Shown here: positions 8,432-18,715 of the stretch, piece by piece
How the letters are laid out: each line of letters begins with the position of its first letter
Position numbering within the stretch: position 1 is the first letter of the stretch
Translations under genes and position numbers: made by a program
Assembly (NCBI RefSeq): GCF_000012465.1
Contig: NC_007335.2
Coordinates: forward strand, 300,001-332,000
Origin: Prochlorococcus marinus str. NATL2A
GTDB lineage: Bacteria; Cyanobacteriota; Cyanobacteriia; PCC-6307; Cyanobiaceae
DNA: 32,000 bases
Direction: 5' to 3'
The notes under the pieces: model-generated
Database searches by the model: none
Told to the model about the DNA's origin: nothing
Seen by the model: only the letters and a program-made list of their open reading frames with translations

Positions 8432-9700
8432 TTACTTAGGAAGGATTATTTTTACTTTGTTTATTCTTGGACCTTTCATGGAGATAATTTCAAATACAAT
8501 TTCATTATGAATGAACGTTTCTCCTGAGCTGGGAATTTCTTGGAGTTTTTCTAAAACAAATCCAGCAAGAGTGTAATGATCATCAGCTTCTGGCAATTTT
8601 AAGTTAAGCTCTCTATTTAGTTCTATTACTTCTATCTCACCAGAAGTAAGCCATATTTTTTTTAAGTCATCAAGAGATCTTAGCTCAGATTCTTTATTAT
8701 CGAATTGAATCTCGTCACCAACAATTTCACCTGTTAAGTCTGCTGATGTTATTAATCCTTCAGTTCCTCCATATTCATCAACGACCAAAAGTAGTGGATT
8801 CCCATTTTTTATTAGGGGTAGCAATTCGGCCAAAGTAGAAGTTTCTAAAACACGAACAACTGGCTTTATATAAGGCTCCAAAGAGGAGTTAGCTTGCATT
8901 TTTCCTTTAGCTATTGGATCAGCAAGTTGCCTTAAATCTAAAACTCCAAGAACATTATCAAGTGAATCATCAATTACTAAGTATCTGGCATGACGAGTTT
9001 TATGAACTTCTTCCATCATTTGAGTGAAGGAAACTTCTCTTGGAAGAGTAACCATTCCTGACCTAGGAACCATTACCTCTCTGACTTGTGTATCTCTTAA
9101 AGCAAAAACACCTTCAAGTATGTTTCTTTCATCAGGTTTTAATCCAGTTACGCCACCAGTTTCAATTAATTTTTCTAATTCCCCTGCAGAGAATGCAGCT
9201 GTAGTAAGACTTTCTGATTGAGTATTAAGTCCAAATAATCTAAGAATTAATAAAGCAAGTCCTTCAAGCAAAGAAAGGAATGGAGACATCCATTTTATCG
9301 CTGCTTCAATTAGAGGCGATAATTTCAGGGCAGAAGTCTCTGGTTGATTAAGAACAAGTGCTTTTGGGAGCAGACCAGATATCAGAGTAGCTAAAAGTAC
9401 AACAGTAATAAAAAGACCTAGATCTAACAAATAGTTAATTGAAGCATTATTTCCCCACCATTGACTTGCGAAATTTTTGCAGATCCAACCAATTGAAATT
9501 AATGAAATAGTTATTCCTAACTCAGCTATTAAAAGGGTTCTTCTCAGCCTTTTCTGCAGACGAATTATGGAATTGGAACCAGGTAGTCCATCTTCTACAA
9601 GTCTTTGAACCTTAGTTGAACGAAGTCGCAATATGGCAAATTGACCTGCATTGAAAAATGCTGGTATTACAAGCAATATACAAAGAAGTAATAAACTCAT
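8432..9700 (-). CDS. DUF21/CNNM - CBS pair - CorC/HlyC-type membrane protein (hemolysin-like / putative divalent-ion transporter)
   Basis: 422 aa. An N-terminal region of four hydrophobic helices is followed by a CBS-like region (VREVMVPR...) and a C-terminal transporter-associated domain. Confidence 0.85.
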   Translation of the reverse strand: MSLLLLCILLVIPAFFNAGQFAILRLRSTKVQRLVEDGLPGSNSIIRLQKRLRRTLLIAELGITISLISIGWICKNFASQWWGNNASINYLLDLGLFITVVLLATLISGLLPKALVLNQPETSALKLSPLIEAAIKWMSPFLSLLEGLALLILRLFGLNTQSESLTTAAFSAGELEKLIETGGVTGLKPDERNILEGVFALRDTQVREVMVPRSGMVTLPREVSFTQMMEEVHKTRHARYLVIDDSLDNVLGVLDLRQLADPIAKGKMQANSSLEPYIKPVVRVLETSTLAELLPLIKNGNPLLLVVDEYGGTEGLITSADLTGEIVGDEIQFDNKESELRSLDDLKKIWLTSGEIEVIELNRELNLKLPEADDHYTLAGFVLEKLQEIPSSGETFIHNEIVFEIISMKGPRINKVKIILPK

Positions 9701-9714
9701 TAATAATTTTTCTA

Positions 9715-9787
9715 TGGGGGTGGCGAGGATCGAACTCGCCTAAGGCGAATTATGAGTTCGCTGCATTCACCAGATTGCTACACCCCC
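9715..9787 (-). tRNA. tRNA with anticodon CAT: elongator tRNA-Met or lysidine-dependent tRNA-Ile2, not an initiator
   Basis: The reverse complement is GGGGGTG TA GCAA TCTGGTGA ATGC A GCGAA CTCATAA TTCGC CTTAG GCGAG TTCGATC CTCGC CACCCCC A. This folds as a 73-nt cloverleaf with a 7-bp acceptor stem, a TTCGATC T-loop and a 5-nt variable loop. The G1-C72 pair and the lack of three G-C pairs in the anticodon stem argue against tRNA-fMet. CCA is not encoded. Confidence 0.9.
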
Positions 9788-9896
9788 AAAAAAGGAGAAC
9801 TAAAACTTTTTTTGATAATAGTGAATTAGTTTGCCTAAAGTAAATATATATCTAATCCCACCAAGATGTTTAATAATTAAACTTGCATATAAAGAT

Positions 9897-10478
9897 ATGA
9901 ATCCATTGAATCCTTCATCAGATGGAATAAAAGAAAATCTTTTAACTTTATTAGCTCAAAAAGCTTATAGGTTTGGCGATTTTTCTTTGGCTTCCGGAAA
10001 AAAAAGTTCTCATTACGTCAATTGCAAGCCAGTCTCTCTCTCAGGTCCAGGTCTCTTGTCAATAAGTTCATTATTCCTAAAACAAATTAATGAAAGTGAT
10101 AGTGGCGTAGCTGGCTTAACTTTAGGTGCTGACCCACTTGTTAGTGGCGTTGTAATTTTGGCAGCTCAATCAGGTATTGATTTAAACGGTTTAATAGTTA
10201 GGAAGGAAGCGAAAGGCCATGGGACTGGAGCGTGGTTAGAAGGACCTTTACCTCCAAAGGGTTCTGTGATTACTGTCTTAGAGGATGTTGTTACGACTGG
10301 TGGCTCTTCTTTAAAAGCAGTTGAACAACTTAGAAATCAAGGGTATTTAGTTAAACAAGTACTAGCAATAGTTGACAGAGAAGAAGGAGGCCTAGATGCA
10401 ATGTCTAAAGCTGATTTAGAGTTAAATAGTCTTTTCTTTTTAAAAGAGATTGTTGAAAGAGCTAATAGTTTGCAATGA
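9897..10478 (+). CDS. pyrE: Orotate phosphoribosyltransferase
   Basis: It has [19 protein letters not shown] and the PRPP-binding loop [15 protein letters not shown] chose the first ATG (9897). The track ORF starts at TTG 9831, which would add an unconserved 22-aa leader running into the tRNA promoter region. Confidence 0.9.
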   Translation: MNPLNPSSDGIKENLLTLLAQKAYRFGDFSLASGKKSSHYVNCKPVSLSGPGLLSISSLFLKQINESDSGVAGLTLGADPLVSGVVILAAQSGIDLNGLIVRKEAKGHGTGAWLEGPLPPKGSVITVLEDVVTTGGSSLKAVEQLRNQGYLVKQVLAIVDREEGGLDAMSKADLELNSLFFLKEIVERANSLQ

Positions 10479-11323
10479 CAGAATCCCAAGCATTGATTTG
10501 GGATGAAACATTCCCTTCATTACTTCTCAAAGGTCAGGGGACTACTTCTTTTTTACATGGTCAAACAACCGCAGACGTTTTTGCTCAGAAAGAACTAGAT
10601 AGAATATTCATGTGTTGTTGGCTATCAACTAAAGGAGCTTTAAAAGCTGTATTGGAAATTCGACTTTCAGATGATATGGCTGAAATAGTTATAATTTGCG
10701 GTGAAATTAACTCTATAAGAGATGGATTTGAATCAGTGATATTTCCAGCCGACAAAGTTAAGTTAGAAGTTATAGATCCAATTAGAAGAAGACAAGAAAT
10801 AAATAATAATAGTTCATGGAAGGATTCAGATTTTAGTTGGATTGATGATAATACTTTCAGCATAGATGGAATAACTAAATACAAAAAAGCTACTAAAGAA
10901 GAATTGGAAGGATGGAAAATAAGACAAGGAATACCTAGCTTTGATAAAGAGATGAATGGAGAAACTAATCCTTACGAGCTAGGATTAGCAGATACTATAA
11001 ATCTAGACAAAGGCTGTTATCTAGGTCAAGAGGCAATGGCGAAGTTTTTTAGATCTAAATCTCTAAAATATCAACTTCGTTATTGGGAAGCTTATGGGGA
11101 AAATGATAATTTTCAAATTGGTAAAAAGTTTTTTAATACTAATAAAAATGAAGGGTATAAAAAAAATGTAGGAGTTGTGACTTCTTCAATTAGGGTTGAT
11201 GATAATTTTTTTAATGGACTGGCTTTAATTAAGAAAACTTTTCTTGATCATGATTTTTGTTTTTCTGAAAATGGTGACTCCATAACTATTAAAAAACCAA
11301 TCTCTTTTACTAATCCTTTTTAA
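10475..11323 (+). CDS. ygfZ: YgfZ-like folate-binding protein (GcvT-related)
   Basis: 282 aa containing the family signature KGCYLGQE. The ATG overlaps the pyrE TGA (ATGA at 10475-10478). Confidence 0.75.
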   Translation: MTESQALIWDETFPSLLLKGQGTTSFLHGQTTADVFAQKELDRIFMCCWLSTKGALKAVLEIRLSDDMAEIVIICGEINSIRDGFESVIFPADKVKLEVIDPIRRRQEINNNSSWKDSDFSWIDDNTFSIDGITKYKKATKEELEGWKIRQGIPSFDKEMNGETNPYELGLADTINLDKGCYLGQEAMAKFFRSKSLKYQLRYWEAYGENDNFQIGKKFFNTNKNEGYKKNVGVVTSSIRVDDNFFNGLALIKKTFLDHDFCFSENGDSITIKKPISFTNPF

Positions 11324-11341
11324 TTTATTGCGATATACTTA

Positions 11342-12793
11342 CTAGTGATCTATTAACCACTTTGCGATCATTAAGGTGGCTATACAATCATCACGATTAT
11401 ATTCAAAAATTGAATTTAAATTTCTGGAATACATTTTATTTATTTTACGTGATTTTTTCCATTGTCTCCACCATAAGAGAGCTCTAGCTCCATCTGCATT
11501 TGATTGTTTCCATTCAAATCCTATCCATTCTGCGATTGATTTAAGACCATAATTTCTTACGGGAAGACACCAGTATTCTCTAATTAATAAATGTATATCA
11601 ATAAATCTGTTTTTTAATTCTTCAATTTCATGAGGATTAGCTCCTTGTCGTATTCCTAGCTTTAGCAAAGATATTGGTTCTGTTTCCCCATAATGGATAA
11701 TGGGATAGTCTTGATTAATACTTAATTTTTTAGTTATTCTTTTCCATAGGAAACTTTCAGTGTTTTTTTCAATATTAAGTAATGGTGAGTATTTAGTTTT
11801 TTCTAAACTTATTTCATTTTTTATATTTTTTGGTAATCGAATAAATCCATGTAAAAAGTCATGTCTAATATCTGGATCAGATTCAATATCATAAATATAT
11901 AAACCTTTTGCTTTCTTTAGATTATTTAGTTCTATTTCTGGATTTAGTTTGATTGCCCTATTCGTTGATTGAGATTGAGATTGTAAAATAATTTGTTTGG
12001 AAATATCACTATGTTGTGTCCCAAATATTTCAAGCTTTTCCTGTAATTTATAATGCTTGATCTTTGCTAGCTCCTCTATATTATTTATGCCAATTTTGTT
12101 TAATAAAACTTCTCTTTTTGCTCCAATCCCGCTAACTTCACTTAAGCTTCCTTCTTTAATTGCTACAGCATCACATTCTTTTCTCCATGAACATATTGTG
12201 CATTTTTTTCTATTAGAAGTTATGGGTGGAGGAGTTCTTGATTCAATATCTTTTTCTAGATGTAATAATGAACCTATTAAATCTGTGTTTATATTATCGC
12301 TTAATTTTATCTTTTCGACTTTGATAACTTCATTTTCTTTGTGTAATATTAATCCTTTCTTTACTTGAAATTTTTGTAAATTATTTATTAATAAACCAGT
12401 CAATGCAAGTGTTAATTTATGCTCTCTTGTTATTTTTTTACCTTGCCTAGCTAATATAGGTTGATATGCAAAATTCCCCCAAATACTCTCTCCAGATGTC
12501 TTCCTTAGTATTGGTAAATTTGCTTTGATAAGTCTATTTTTTATTAGAGGATATTTAATTCTGACTCCATAAGCAATATTTTTCCCCTCTTCACATGCTC
12601 GAATTCCTATACCATAACTTTTTTGTGAGAGATTATGAAAGCAGTCGATTTGATGATTTAATTGAAGTGTGCTGTGGGCCGTCCACAACTTTTTTTGTTT
12701 ATCACCATAAATATCAAGCCACGCTTTTCTTCTGCATCTAATCCAACTCCTTAAAAGGTGATCGTTAATTGGTTTGGATTTATTACATTTCAT
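11342..12793 (-). CDS. TM0106-type RecB-family nuclease: Cas4-like PD-(D/E)xK/Fe-S domain + HhH + RNase-H-like exonuclease domain
   Basis: 483 aa. It has an N-terminal Cys (IRCRRKAWLD) plus C-x2-C-x5-C (KKCTICSWRKEC), a helix-hairpin-helix (VSGIGAKREVLLNKIGINNIEELA), then LYIYDIESDPD and YNRDDC, which are exonuclease-like acidic motifs. Confidence 0.7.
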   Translation of the reverse strand: MKCNKSKPINDHLLRSWIRCRRKAWLDIYGDKQKKLWTAHSTLQLNHQIDCFHNLSQKSYGIGIRACEEGKNIAYGVRIKYPLIKNRLIKANLPILRKTSGESIWGNFAYQPILARQGKKITREHKLTLALTGLLINNLQKFQVKKGLILHKENEVIKVEKIKLSDNINTDLIGSLLHLEKDIESRTPPPITSNRKKCTICSWRKECDAVAIKEGSLSEVSGIGAKREVLLNKIGINNIEELAKIKHYKLQEKLEIFGTQHSDISKQIILQSQSQSTNRAIKLNPEIELNNLKKAKGLYIYDIESDPDIRHDFLHGFIRLPKNIKNEISLEKTKYSPLLNIEKNTESFLWKRITKKLSINQDYPIIHYGETEPISLLKLGIRQGANPHEIEELKNRFIDIHLLIREYWCLPVRNYGLKSIAEWIGFEWKQSNADGARALLWWRQWKKSRKINKMYSRNLNSIFEYNRDDCIATLMIAKWLIDH

Positions 12794-12845
12794 ACTTAGA
12801 GAATAATCCGCATTTCTTTAAGAACAAAGTTTCTCCAATATAAAG

Positions 12846-14306
12846 ATGAAAAAGAAAAAGTTGAATCTCACTAAGGAGAAAATTTCTTTCGGAACAGATG
12901 GATGGAGGGGGATCTTAGGCGTTGAGTTCACCTTGGAAAGATTACTTAAAGTTGCAGCAGCAGCAGCTCAAGAGCTTGCTTATGTCAAAGAGAAAAAAAA
13001 TAATAAAATAATCATTGGTTATGACCGTCGATTCCTAGCAGAGGAGATGGCTGAGGCGGTCGCATCTGCAGTTAGAGGAGTTGATTTAGTCCCTTTGTTG
13101 GCTTCTTCCGCGCTGCCAACTCCCTCTTGTAGCTGGGGGATAGTTGAAGAAAATGCACTTGGTGCACTAGTGATTACAGCAAGTCATAACCCATGCGAAT
13201 GGTTGGGTTTGAAAATTAAAGGTCCTTTTGGAGGCTCAGTTGATAGCTCTTTTACCGATTCCGTTCAAAAAAGATTAGATGCTGGGGGGATATCAATTCC
13301 AATCGAAGGCGTAACCGAGAGAGTTGATTTTCGAAAACAACATCTTTTGGGGATTAGTCAGAAATTTGACATGCATTTGATTTCTGATGGCTTGAGGAAA
13401 TTAGGTGTGAAAATTTTTGTTGATCCAATGCATGGATCTGCTGCGGGCTGCATGTCTGAATTATTTGGAGTTGATAGTGAAGATCTTATTTATGAAATAA
13501 GAACTGAAATAGACCCATGCTTTGGTGGTAATCCTCCAGAACCTCTGAAGGCTTACCTATCGCAATTAATACAAGAAGTTCAGGATGAATCCCAGGCAGG
13601 GGAATTGTCTATGGGCCTAGTTTTTGATGGAGATGGAGATCGAATTGCGGCAATAGATGAAAAAGGTAGATATTGCAATACACAGTTATTAATGCCTGTC
13701 TTGATAGATCATTTGGCAAGAGTTAGAAATATGCCAGGTTGCGTTGTAAAAACTGTGAGTGGATCGGATTTGATGAGATTGGTTGCTGAGGATCTAGGGA
13801 GAGAAGTGCTCGAAAAGCCAGTTGGGTTTAAATATATTGCTGAAGAAATGCTTTCAAGAGAAGTTCTTATTGGAGGAGAGGAGTCAGGGGGAGTTGGGTT
13901 TGGACATCACTTGCCAGAACGTGATGCTTTGTTTACCGCTTTGCTTTTGATGGAGTCAATAGTTGCTGATGGTAAATGTTTAGGTGAGAAAATAGATTCT
14001 CTTCATGCTCGTTTTGGTAAGAGTCATTTCGAACGTATTGATTTAACTCTCAAAGACATGGAGATGAGAAGGTCTTTGGAAGATTTTTTGAAACAGAAAA
14101 CCCCATCTTCAATTGGTCATAAATCAGTTTTAGAGGTTATTTCAACTGATGGAATAAAACTCATACTTGATAAAAGTCATTGGCTGATGTTCCGTTTCTC
14201 TGGAACAGAGCCTCTTTTAAGAATTTATTGTGAAGCGCCATCCAGTGCAGAAGTTACTTCAACTTTGTATTATGCAAAGCAACTTATAGATAATAGTTTT
14301 GGATAA
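12846..14306 (+). CDS. Alpha-D-phosphohexomutase family enzyme (phosphoglucomutase/phosphomannomutase-type)
   Basis: 486 aa. It has the active-site serine loop TASHNP, the metal loop FDGDGDR and the sugar loop GGEESGG. Specificity cannot be set from sequence alone. Confidence 0.85.
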   Translation: MKKKKLNLTKEKISFGTDGWRGILGVEFTLERLLKVAAAAAQELAYVKEKKNNKIIIGYDRRFLAEEMAEAVASAVRGVDLVPLLASSALPTPSCSWGIVEENALGALVITASHNPCEWLGLKIKGPFGGSVDSSFTDSVQKRLDAGGISIPIEGVTERVDFRKQHLLGISQKFDMHLISDGLRKLGVKIFVDPMHGSAAGCMSELFGVDSEDLIYEIRTEIDPCFGGNPPEPLKAYLSQLIQEVQDESQAGELSMGLVFDGDGDRIAAIDEKGRYCNTQLLMPVLIDHLARVRNMPGCVVKTVSGSDLMRLVAEDLGREVLEKPVGFKYIAEEMLSREVLIGGEESGGVGFGHHLPERDALFTALLLMESIVADGKCLGEKIDSLHARFGKSHFERIDLTLKDMEMRRSLEDFLKQKTPSSIGHKSVLEVISTDGIKLILDKSHWLMFRFSGTEPLLRIYCEAPSSAEVTSTLYYAKQLIDNSFG

Positions 14307-14889
14307 TGTCCCTCTTGTAATTGCTAGTGGCAATAAGGGTAAAATTGGAGAATTTAAAAAACTTTTAGACGATTTTCCCATTGATTTATTGACTCAACCT
14401 GTTGGTTTTGAGATTGAGGAAACAGGAAGTACATTTATGGAAAATGCAAGAATCAAGGCCATTGCTGTGAGTCAAGCAACAGGTAATTTGTCTCTTGCTG
14501 ACGACTCTGGATTAAGTGTTGAGGCTCTTGGGGGGGCTCCAGGCATTTATTCTTCTAGGTATGCAAGTTCAGACAAGCAAAGAATTGAAAAACTATTAGC
14601 CGAGTTAAAACCTTTTTCAAATAGAAAAGCTAAATTTGAATGTGCATTATGTATTGCTAGTGGAGAAAAAGTGTTGATAGAAGTTTCAGGCTTTTGCGAA
14701 GGTCTAATAACTTTTTTCCCGAAAGGGCAAAATGGGTTTGGTTATGATCCGATTTTTGAAGTTTCTGGATTAGGTGAGACTTATGCAGAAATGGACCACG
14801 AAAAAAAGAAGCATATTGGTCACAGGGGTAATGCATTCAAATTGCTCATACCAAAATTAAAACAACTATTGGGTTCAATGAAAAAGTAG
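14299..14889 (+). CDS. rdgB: RdgB/HAM1 non-canonical purine NTP pyrophosphatase
   Basis: 196 aa containing VIASGNKGKIGEF, ADDSGLSVEALGGAPGIYSSRY, GFGYDPIF and SHRG-like HRGNAF. The TTG start overlaps the upstream gene by 8 nt. Confidence 0.9.
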   Translation: MDNVPLVIASGNKGKIGEFKKLLDDFPIDLLTQPVGFEIEETGSTFMENARIKAIAVSQATGNLSLADDSGLSVEALGGAPGIYSSRYASSDKQRIEKLLAELKPFSNRKAKFECALCIASGEKVLIEVSGFCEGLITFFPKGQNGFGYDPIFEVSGLGETYAEMDHEKKKHIGHRGNAFKLLIPKLKQLLGSMKK

Positions 14890-14915
14890 TTTTTGATTTC
14901 TTGAAAACTTTTTTT

Positions 14916-16409
14916 TTAATTTTCAACCCAGCTTCCGTGTAATCCATGTGGGATTGATATTGGAACTTCAAGAATAGCTTTTTCAGTCAGATCTTTAGAA
15001 TCAAGAATTATTAAATCAGTTCCCGATCTAATACTATTCCAAACCAATGCAACAACCCATCCATTGTCTTCTTCAGACTTTGATTCTTGAGATGGAATAA
15101 ATATAGGTTCACTTACAAAACCTCTTGGAGCCGCACTCCAACTTATCTCTTTATTATTAGATAAATCGATTTTTTTTATGGCTTGAAGTGGCCCATTCCC
15201 CTCTTTTTCTTCTGCAGTTGCCATCCAACTAAAGCGGGCCTTTAATCCTTCAAAATGAGGATTAACCATTGCAAATTCACAACATTGATTGCTTATTGTT
15301 GAGCAGGTAAATGTATTTTCTATGGGATTGATTTCACTTCTTTTCAAAATTCCTTCTGGTAAAAGATCAAAATCAATTTCTCTAAAATTATCTTCGGGTC
15401 CAATGCTCGGAAAATCATCATAAAAAATACTTTCAATATTGATTTTTTCATTATCTTCCCATGCATTTAGATGATGAAAAACAAAACCCTTTGGAGCATT
15501 AACTGATTTTGGAGGTTGACCAGCAAACTTGCCAGAGTCCCTTGGAATTAATAAAAATTTTGGAGTTCCATCACTTTTAGAGGCTAAACATTGTGCGGCT
15601 CCTTTTTGTCCAAGAAGAAAAGGGAGAGGATTAAAACTAATAGCATTTTGCAGAAATATTGCCCAGTTTGGAGTTATGGCAAAATCATGCAAGAAGGCAA
15701 ATCCATTAAAAGAATCTTTTCTATCACTTAAAAGAGAACCAATATTTTCTCCCTCTGTGGAAAATTCCATCAATCTTATTGTGCTTTTAGGACCTGTAGA
15801 TACCCCAAAAGTGACCATTCTTTGACTTTGATGATGGCCAGGGTCAAATCGTGGATGAGCACTAAATGCTTCACCTTTTTTTAAAACTCCTTTTAAATTT
15901 GATAAACCTTTGGTCTCAAGGGTATTTGGATTAAGTGAATATGGACTAGACGCTTCCCATAAAGCTAGTAGATCATCTCCAAGTTTTATTACGTGTGTAT
16001 TGGCAATATTTTTTAGCCTTACATCAAAAGCATTAGCTAACACTCCTCCTTCTTTTTGAGTTCCAAATACACCTCTATATAGAAATTTTTGGGATTTTTC
16101 TTCTTCTGTCCATTCCTTTGTGCGAACAAAACGATTCGTCAGGTTTATTTTTCCATTGTCAAATTTGAAGGCAGCAATCATGCCATCTCCATCAAATGGA
16201 TGATGGACCCATCTTCCCCCTCTTTCTAATCTACCTGGGCCGTTTCGATAAAAGGTACCAGAAATTTGTTCAGGAATAGATCCTTTTACAAGCTTGAGTT
16301 GAACGTTATCTAATTCTTTTTCAACATTGCAATATGCACTGGACCAATCTTCTTTGTTGAAGATTGTTTGCTTTGGTGATGTTTCTCTTTTTAAATAACT
16401 AACTGCCAT
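14916..16409 (-). CDS. Carotenoid/apocarotenoid cleavage oxygenase (RPE65 family)
   Basis: 497 aa. It has FDGDGMI and four His-bearing blades (SAHPRFDP, LHDFAIT, FHHLNAWE, HGLHGSW), as in carotenoid oxygenases. Confidence 0.9.
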   Translation of the reverse strand: MAVSYLKRETSPKQTIFNKEDWSSAYCNVEKELDNVQLKLVKGSIPEQISGTFYRNGPGRLERGGRWVHHPFDGDGMIAAFKFDNGKINLTNRFVRTKEWTEEEKSQKFLYRGVFGTQKEGGVLANAFDVRLKNIANTHVIKLGDDLLALWEASSPYSLNPNTLETKGLSNLKGVLKKGEAFSAHPRFDPGHHQSQRMVTFGVSTGPKSTIRLMEFSTEGENIGSLLSDRKDSFNGFAFLHDFAITPNWAIFLQNAISFNPLPFLLGQKGAAQCLASKSDGTPKFLLIPRDSGKFAGQPPKSVNAPKGFVFHHLNAWEDNEKINIESIFYDDFPSIGPEDNFREIDFDLLPEGILKRSEINPIENTFTCSTISNQCCEFAMVNPHFEGLKARFSWMATAEEKEGNGPLQAIKKIDLSNNKEISWSAAPRGFVSEPIFIPSQESKSEEDNGWVVALVWNSIRSGTDLIILDSKDLTEKAILEVPISIPHGLHGSWVEN

Positions 16410-16497
16410 TATTTTTCTTGAATTGAAACTTGATTTTCGCTTAAAAGTCTGACTTTTGCGAGTTCAAGCTCAAATGATTTATTTAAATATGGAGTTT

Positions 16498-17109
16498 TTA
16501 TTGACCAGCCTGTTCAAGAACTCCTTTACTGCTTGGAATTTGACTTGATCTTCTAGGGTCAATTTCAGTAGCCATCCTAAGGGCTCTTGCAAACGATTTG
16601 AAAGTAGCCTCAATTATGTGGTGAGTATTATTTCCTGCCAGTTGTCTGATGTGGAGAGTTAAACCACCATTACTCACAACAGCACCAAAAAATTCTTTAA
16701 CTAACTCCGTATCATAAGTGCCCACTTTTTGAGAAGGAATATCTAAACTAAAACTTAAATGTGGTCGACCGGAGCAATCAACCACAACCTGAATAAGAGC
16801 CTCATCAAGCGGAGCTAAAAAATGACCAAAACGTTTGATTCCAACTCGATCACCTAATGCTTTTGACAAAGCTTGTCCAATAGCAATTCCAACATCCTCA
16901 TTGGTGTGATGATCGTCTATGTGAGTATCTCCATTTGCTCTTACTTCAATATCAAATAATCCATGACTAGATAATTGTTGGATCATATGGTCTAGAAAAC
17001 CAATCCCCGTATTTGCACTGCATTTTCCAGAACCATCAAGATCAATTTTCACAAAAACGTCAGTTTCCTTAGTTTCCCGTCTAATCTCTCCTTCTCTAGT
17101 TTTTTCCAT
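16498..17109 (-). CDS. hisB: Imidazoleglycerol-phosphate dehydratase
   Basis: 203 aa containing [26 protein letters not shown] and [15 protein letters not shown]. Confidence 0.95.
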   Translation of the reverse strand: MEKTREGEIRRETKETDVFVKIDLDGSGKCSANTGIGFLDHMIQQLSSHGLFDIEVRANGDTHIDDHHTNEDVGIAIGQALSKALGDRVGIKRFGHFLAPLDEALIQVVVDCSGRPHLSFSLDIPSQKVGTYDTELVKEFFGAVVSNGGLTLHIRQLAGNNTHHIIEATFKSFARALRMATEIDPRRSSQIPSSKGVLEQAGQ

Positions 17110-17140
17110 ATTTAATTGGCAATTTTAAGTTGGCTTGAAA

Positions 17141-17923
17141 TTACATTCCATTGATGCAATAACCTGCATCAACATAAACAGTTTGTCCTGATATACCACT
17201 TGAAAGATCGCTAAGCAAGAAAGCTGCGGTATTGCCTACCTCGATTTGAGTAACGGTTCTCCTAAGGGGAGCTTTTTCTTCGACATTATGAATCATGTCC
17301 AGAATTCCTCCAATCGCTGAGCTTGCGAGAGTTCTTATTGGTCCAGCACTGATAGCATTAACTCGAACCTGATTCTCAGGACCAAGTTCTTCCGAAAGAT
17401 ATCTAACCGATGCCTCCAAAGCTGCTTTAGCAACCCCCATTACGTTGTAATTGGGAATTGCTCTTTCTGCTCCTAAATAAGTCAAGGTGACTACGCCAGC
17501 ACCTTTACTGAAAAGAGGTTTTGCATATTTACATAGTGGGGCTAGTGAGTAAGCGCTGATTTCTAGGGCTCTTGAGAATCCCTCTGAAGAAGTTGCACTG
17601 TAATTGCCTACTAATTCTTCTTTACCTGCAAAGGCTAGACAGTGAACTAATCCATCAAGCTGACCCCATTGATTTTTAATGGCTTCAAAAACTTCTTCAA
17701 TTTGAGAAGAATTTTGAACATTAAGTGGTAAGAACAAGCTTGGATTTAAAGGAGAAGTAAGTTCTTTTACTTTCGTTTCAAATCTACCTTTTTCATCGGG
17801 CAAGTATGTAATTCCTAATTCAGCTCCAGCTGCTTTTAACTGTTGTGCAATGCCCCAGGCAATTGATCTATTGTTTGCTATTCCTGTAACAAGGATTTTT
17901 TTGCCACTAAGATCGAGAAGCAT
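17141..17923 (-). CDS. fabI: Enoyl-[acyl-carrier-protein] reductase (NADH)
   Basis: 260 aa containing GIANNRSIAWGIA, the catalytic Y/K region YNVMGVAKAALEAS, and SAGPIRTLA. Confidence 0.95.
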   Translation of the reverse strand: MLLDLSGKKILVTGIANNRSIAWGIAQQLKAAGAELGITYLPDEKGRFETKVKELTSPLNPSLFLPLNVQNSSQIEEVFEAIKNQWGQLDGLVHCLAFAGKEELVGNYSATSSEGFSRALEISAYSLAPLCKYAKPLFSKGAGVVTLTYLGAERAIPNYNVMGVAKAALEASVRYLSEELGPENQVRVNAISAGPIRTLASSAIGGILDMIHNVEEKAPLRRTVTQIEVGNTAAFLLSDLSSGISGQTVYVDAGYCINGM

Positions 17924-18043
17924 CTTTCGGACTCATTTGGTTAGTATTTCTAATTGTCCCTTATTTAGGGCTAAGACTCATAGTTAAATGAATATATAGT
18001 TAAAAGTTCTGTAATCCATTAACCCCAAAAAACTATAAGAATC

Positions 18044-18664
18044 ATGGTTCGAACAGCCTCAACAATGCTTCCATTAGGAACTCAATTACCTAATTTTGAG
18101 TTAGGTGTGGTTTCAGGCGTGAACTCTGCTCCAGATGATCCTTTAAAAGGCCTTAGTCATATTAGAAGTGTTGACCTAACAAAAAGACCATTGTTTTTGA
18201 TGGTTATATGTGCTCATTGTCCATTTGTTAAACATGTAGAAAGTGGAATCACAAACCTATTCAATTCTTTTGGTAATGATATTCAATTTTTGGCTATTTC
18301 TAGCAATAGCTTGATAACCCATCCTCAAGATGCACCAGAATTCTTAGCCTCTCAAGCTAATAAACTGGGATGGAAGTTCCCATACCTATTTGATTCTGAT
18401 CAAAAATTAGCAAAAGCGCTTAGAGCCGCATGTACTCCCGATTTTTATGTTTTTTGGCCTTCTCCAGATGGAAACTTAACATTGAGATATAGGGGACAAA
18501 TGGACGGAAGTCGCCCCGGCAATGAAACTCCTGTATCTGGTGATGATATTCGTCTAGTATTCAAATCCTTATTAAAGGGAGAAGTTATTTCAGCTAATCA
18601 AAAACCTTCTATTGGTTGCAACATAAAATGGCATCCAGGTATGGAGCCTGAGTGGTTTGGATGA
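18044..18664 (+). CDS. Thioredoxin-fold (AhpC/TSA/redoxin-like) protein with a CxxC motif
   Basis: 206 aa. CAHCPFV sits at the position expected for a redox-active CxxC in a thioredoxin fold. No closer assignment is possible. Confidence 0.65.
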   Translation: MVRTASTMLPLGTQLPNFELGVVSGVNSAPDDPLKGLSHIRSVDLTKRPLFLMVICAHCPFVKHVESGITNLFNSFGNDIQFLAISSNSLITHPQDAPEFLASQANKLGWKFPYLFDSDQKLAKALRAACTPDFYVFWPSPDGNLTLRYRGQMDGSRPGNETPVSGDDIRLVFKSLLKGEVISANQKPSIGCNIKWHPGMEPEWFG

Positions 18665-18715
18665 ATTAATGAGAGTCTTTTAATTGTTCATCGTTACAAC
18701 TTAATTTAAATAGTT

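Noticed and set aside
9831-9896. A TTG-initiated 22-codon upstream extension of pyrE.
   Set aside because: The extension ([22 protein letters not shown]) is not PyrE-like and runs through the probable tRNA promoter. The first ATG at 9897 gives a normal PyrE N-terminus.
14890-14915. The AGTTTT-10 nt-AAAACT hairpin plus T-run between rdgB and the carotenoid oxygenase gene, considered as a terminator.
   Set aside because: The stem is only six A-T/G-C-poor pairs with a large loop, which is too weak to call.
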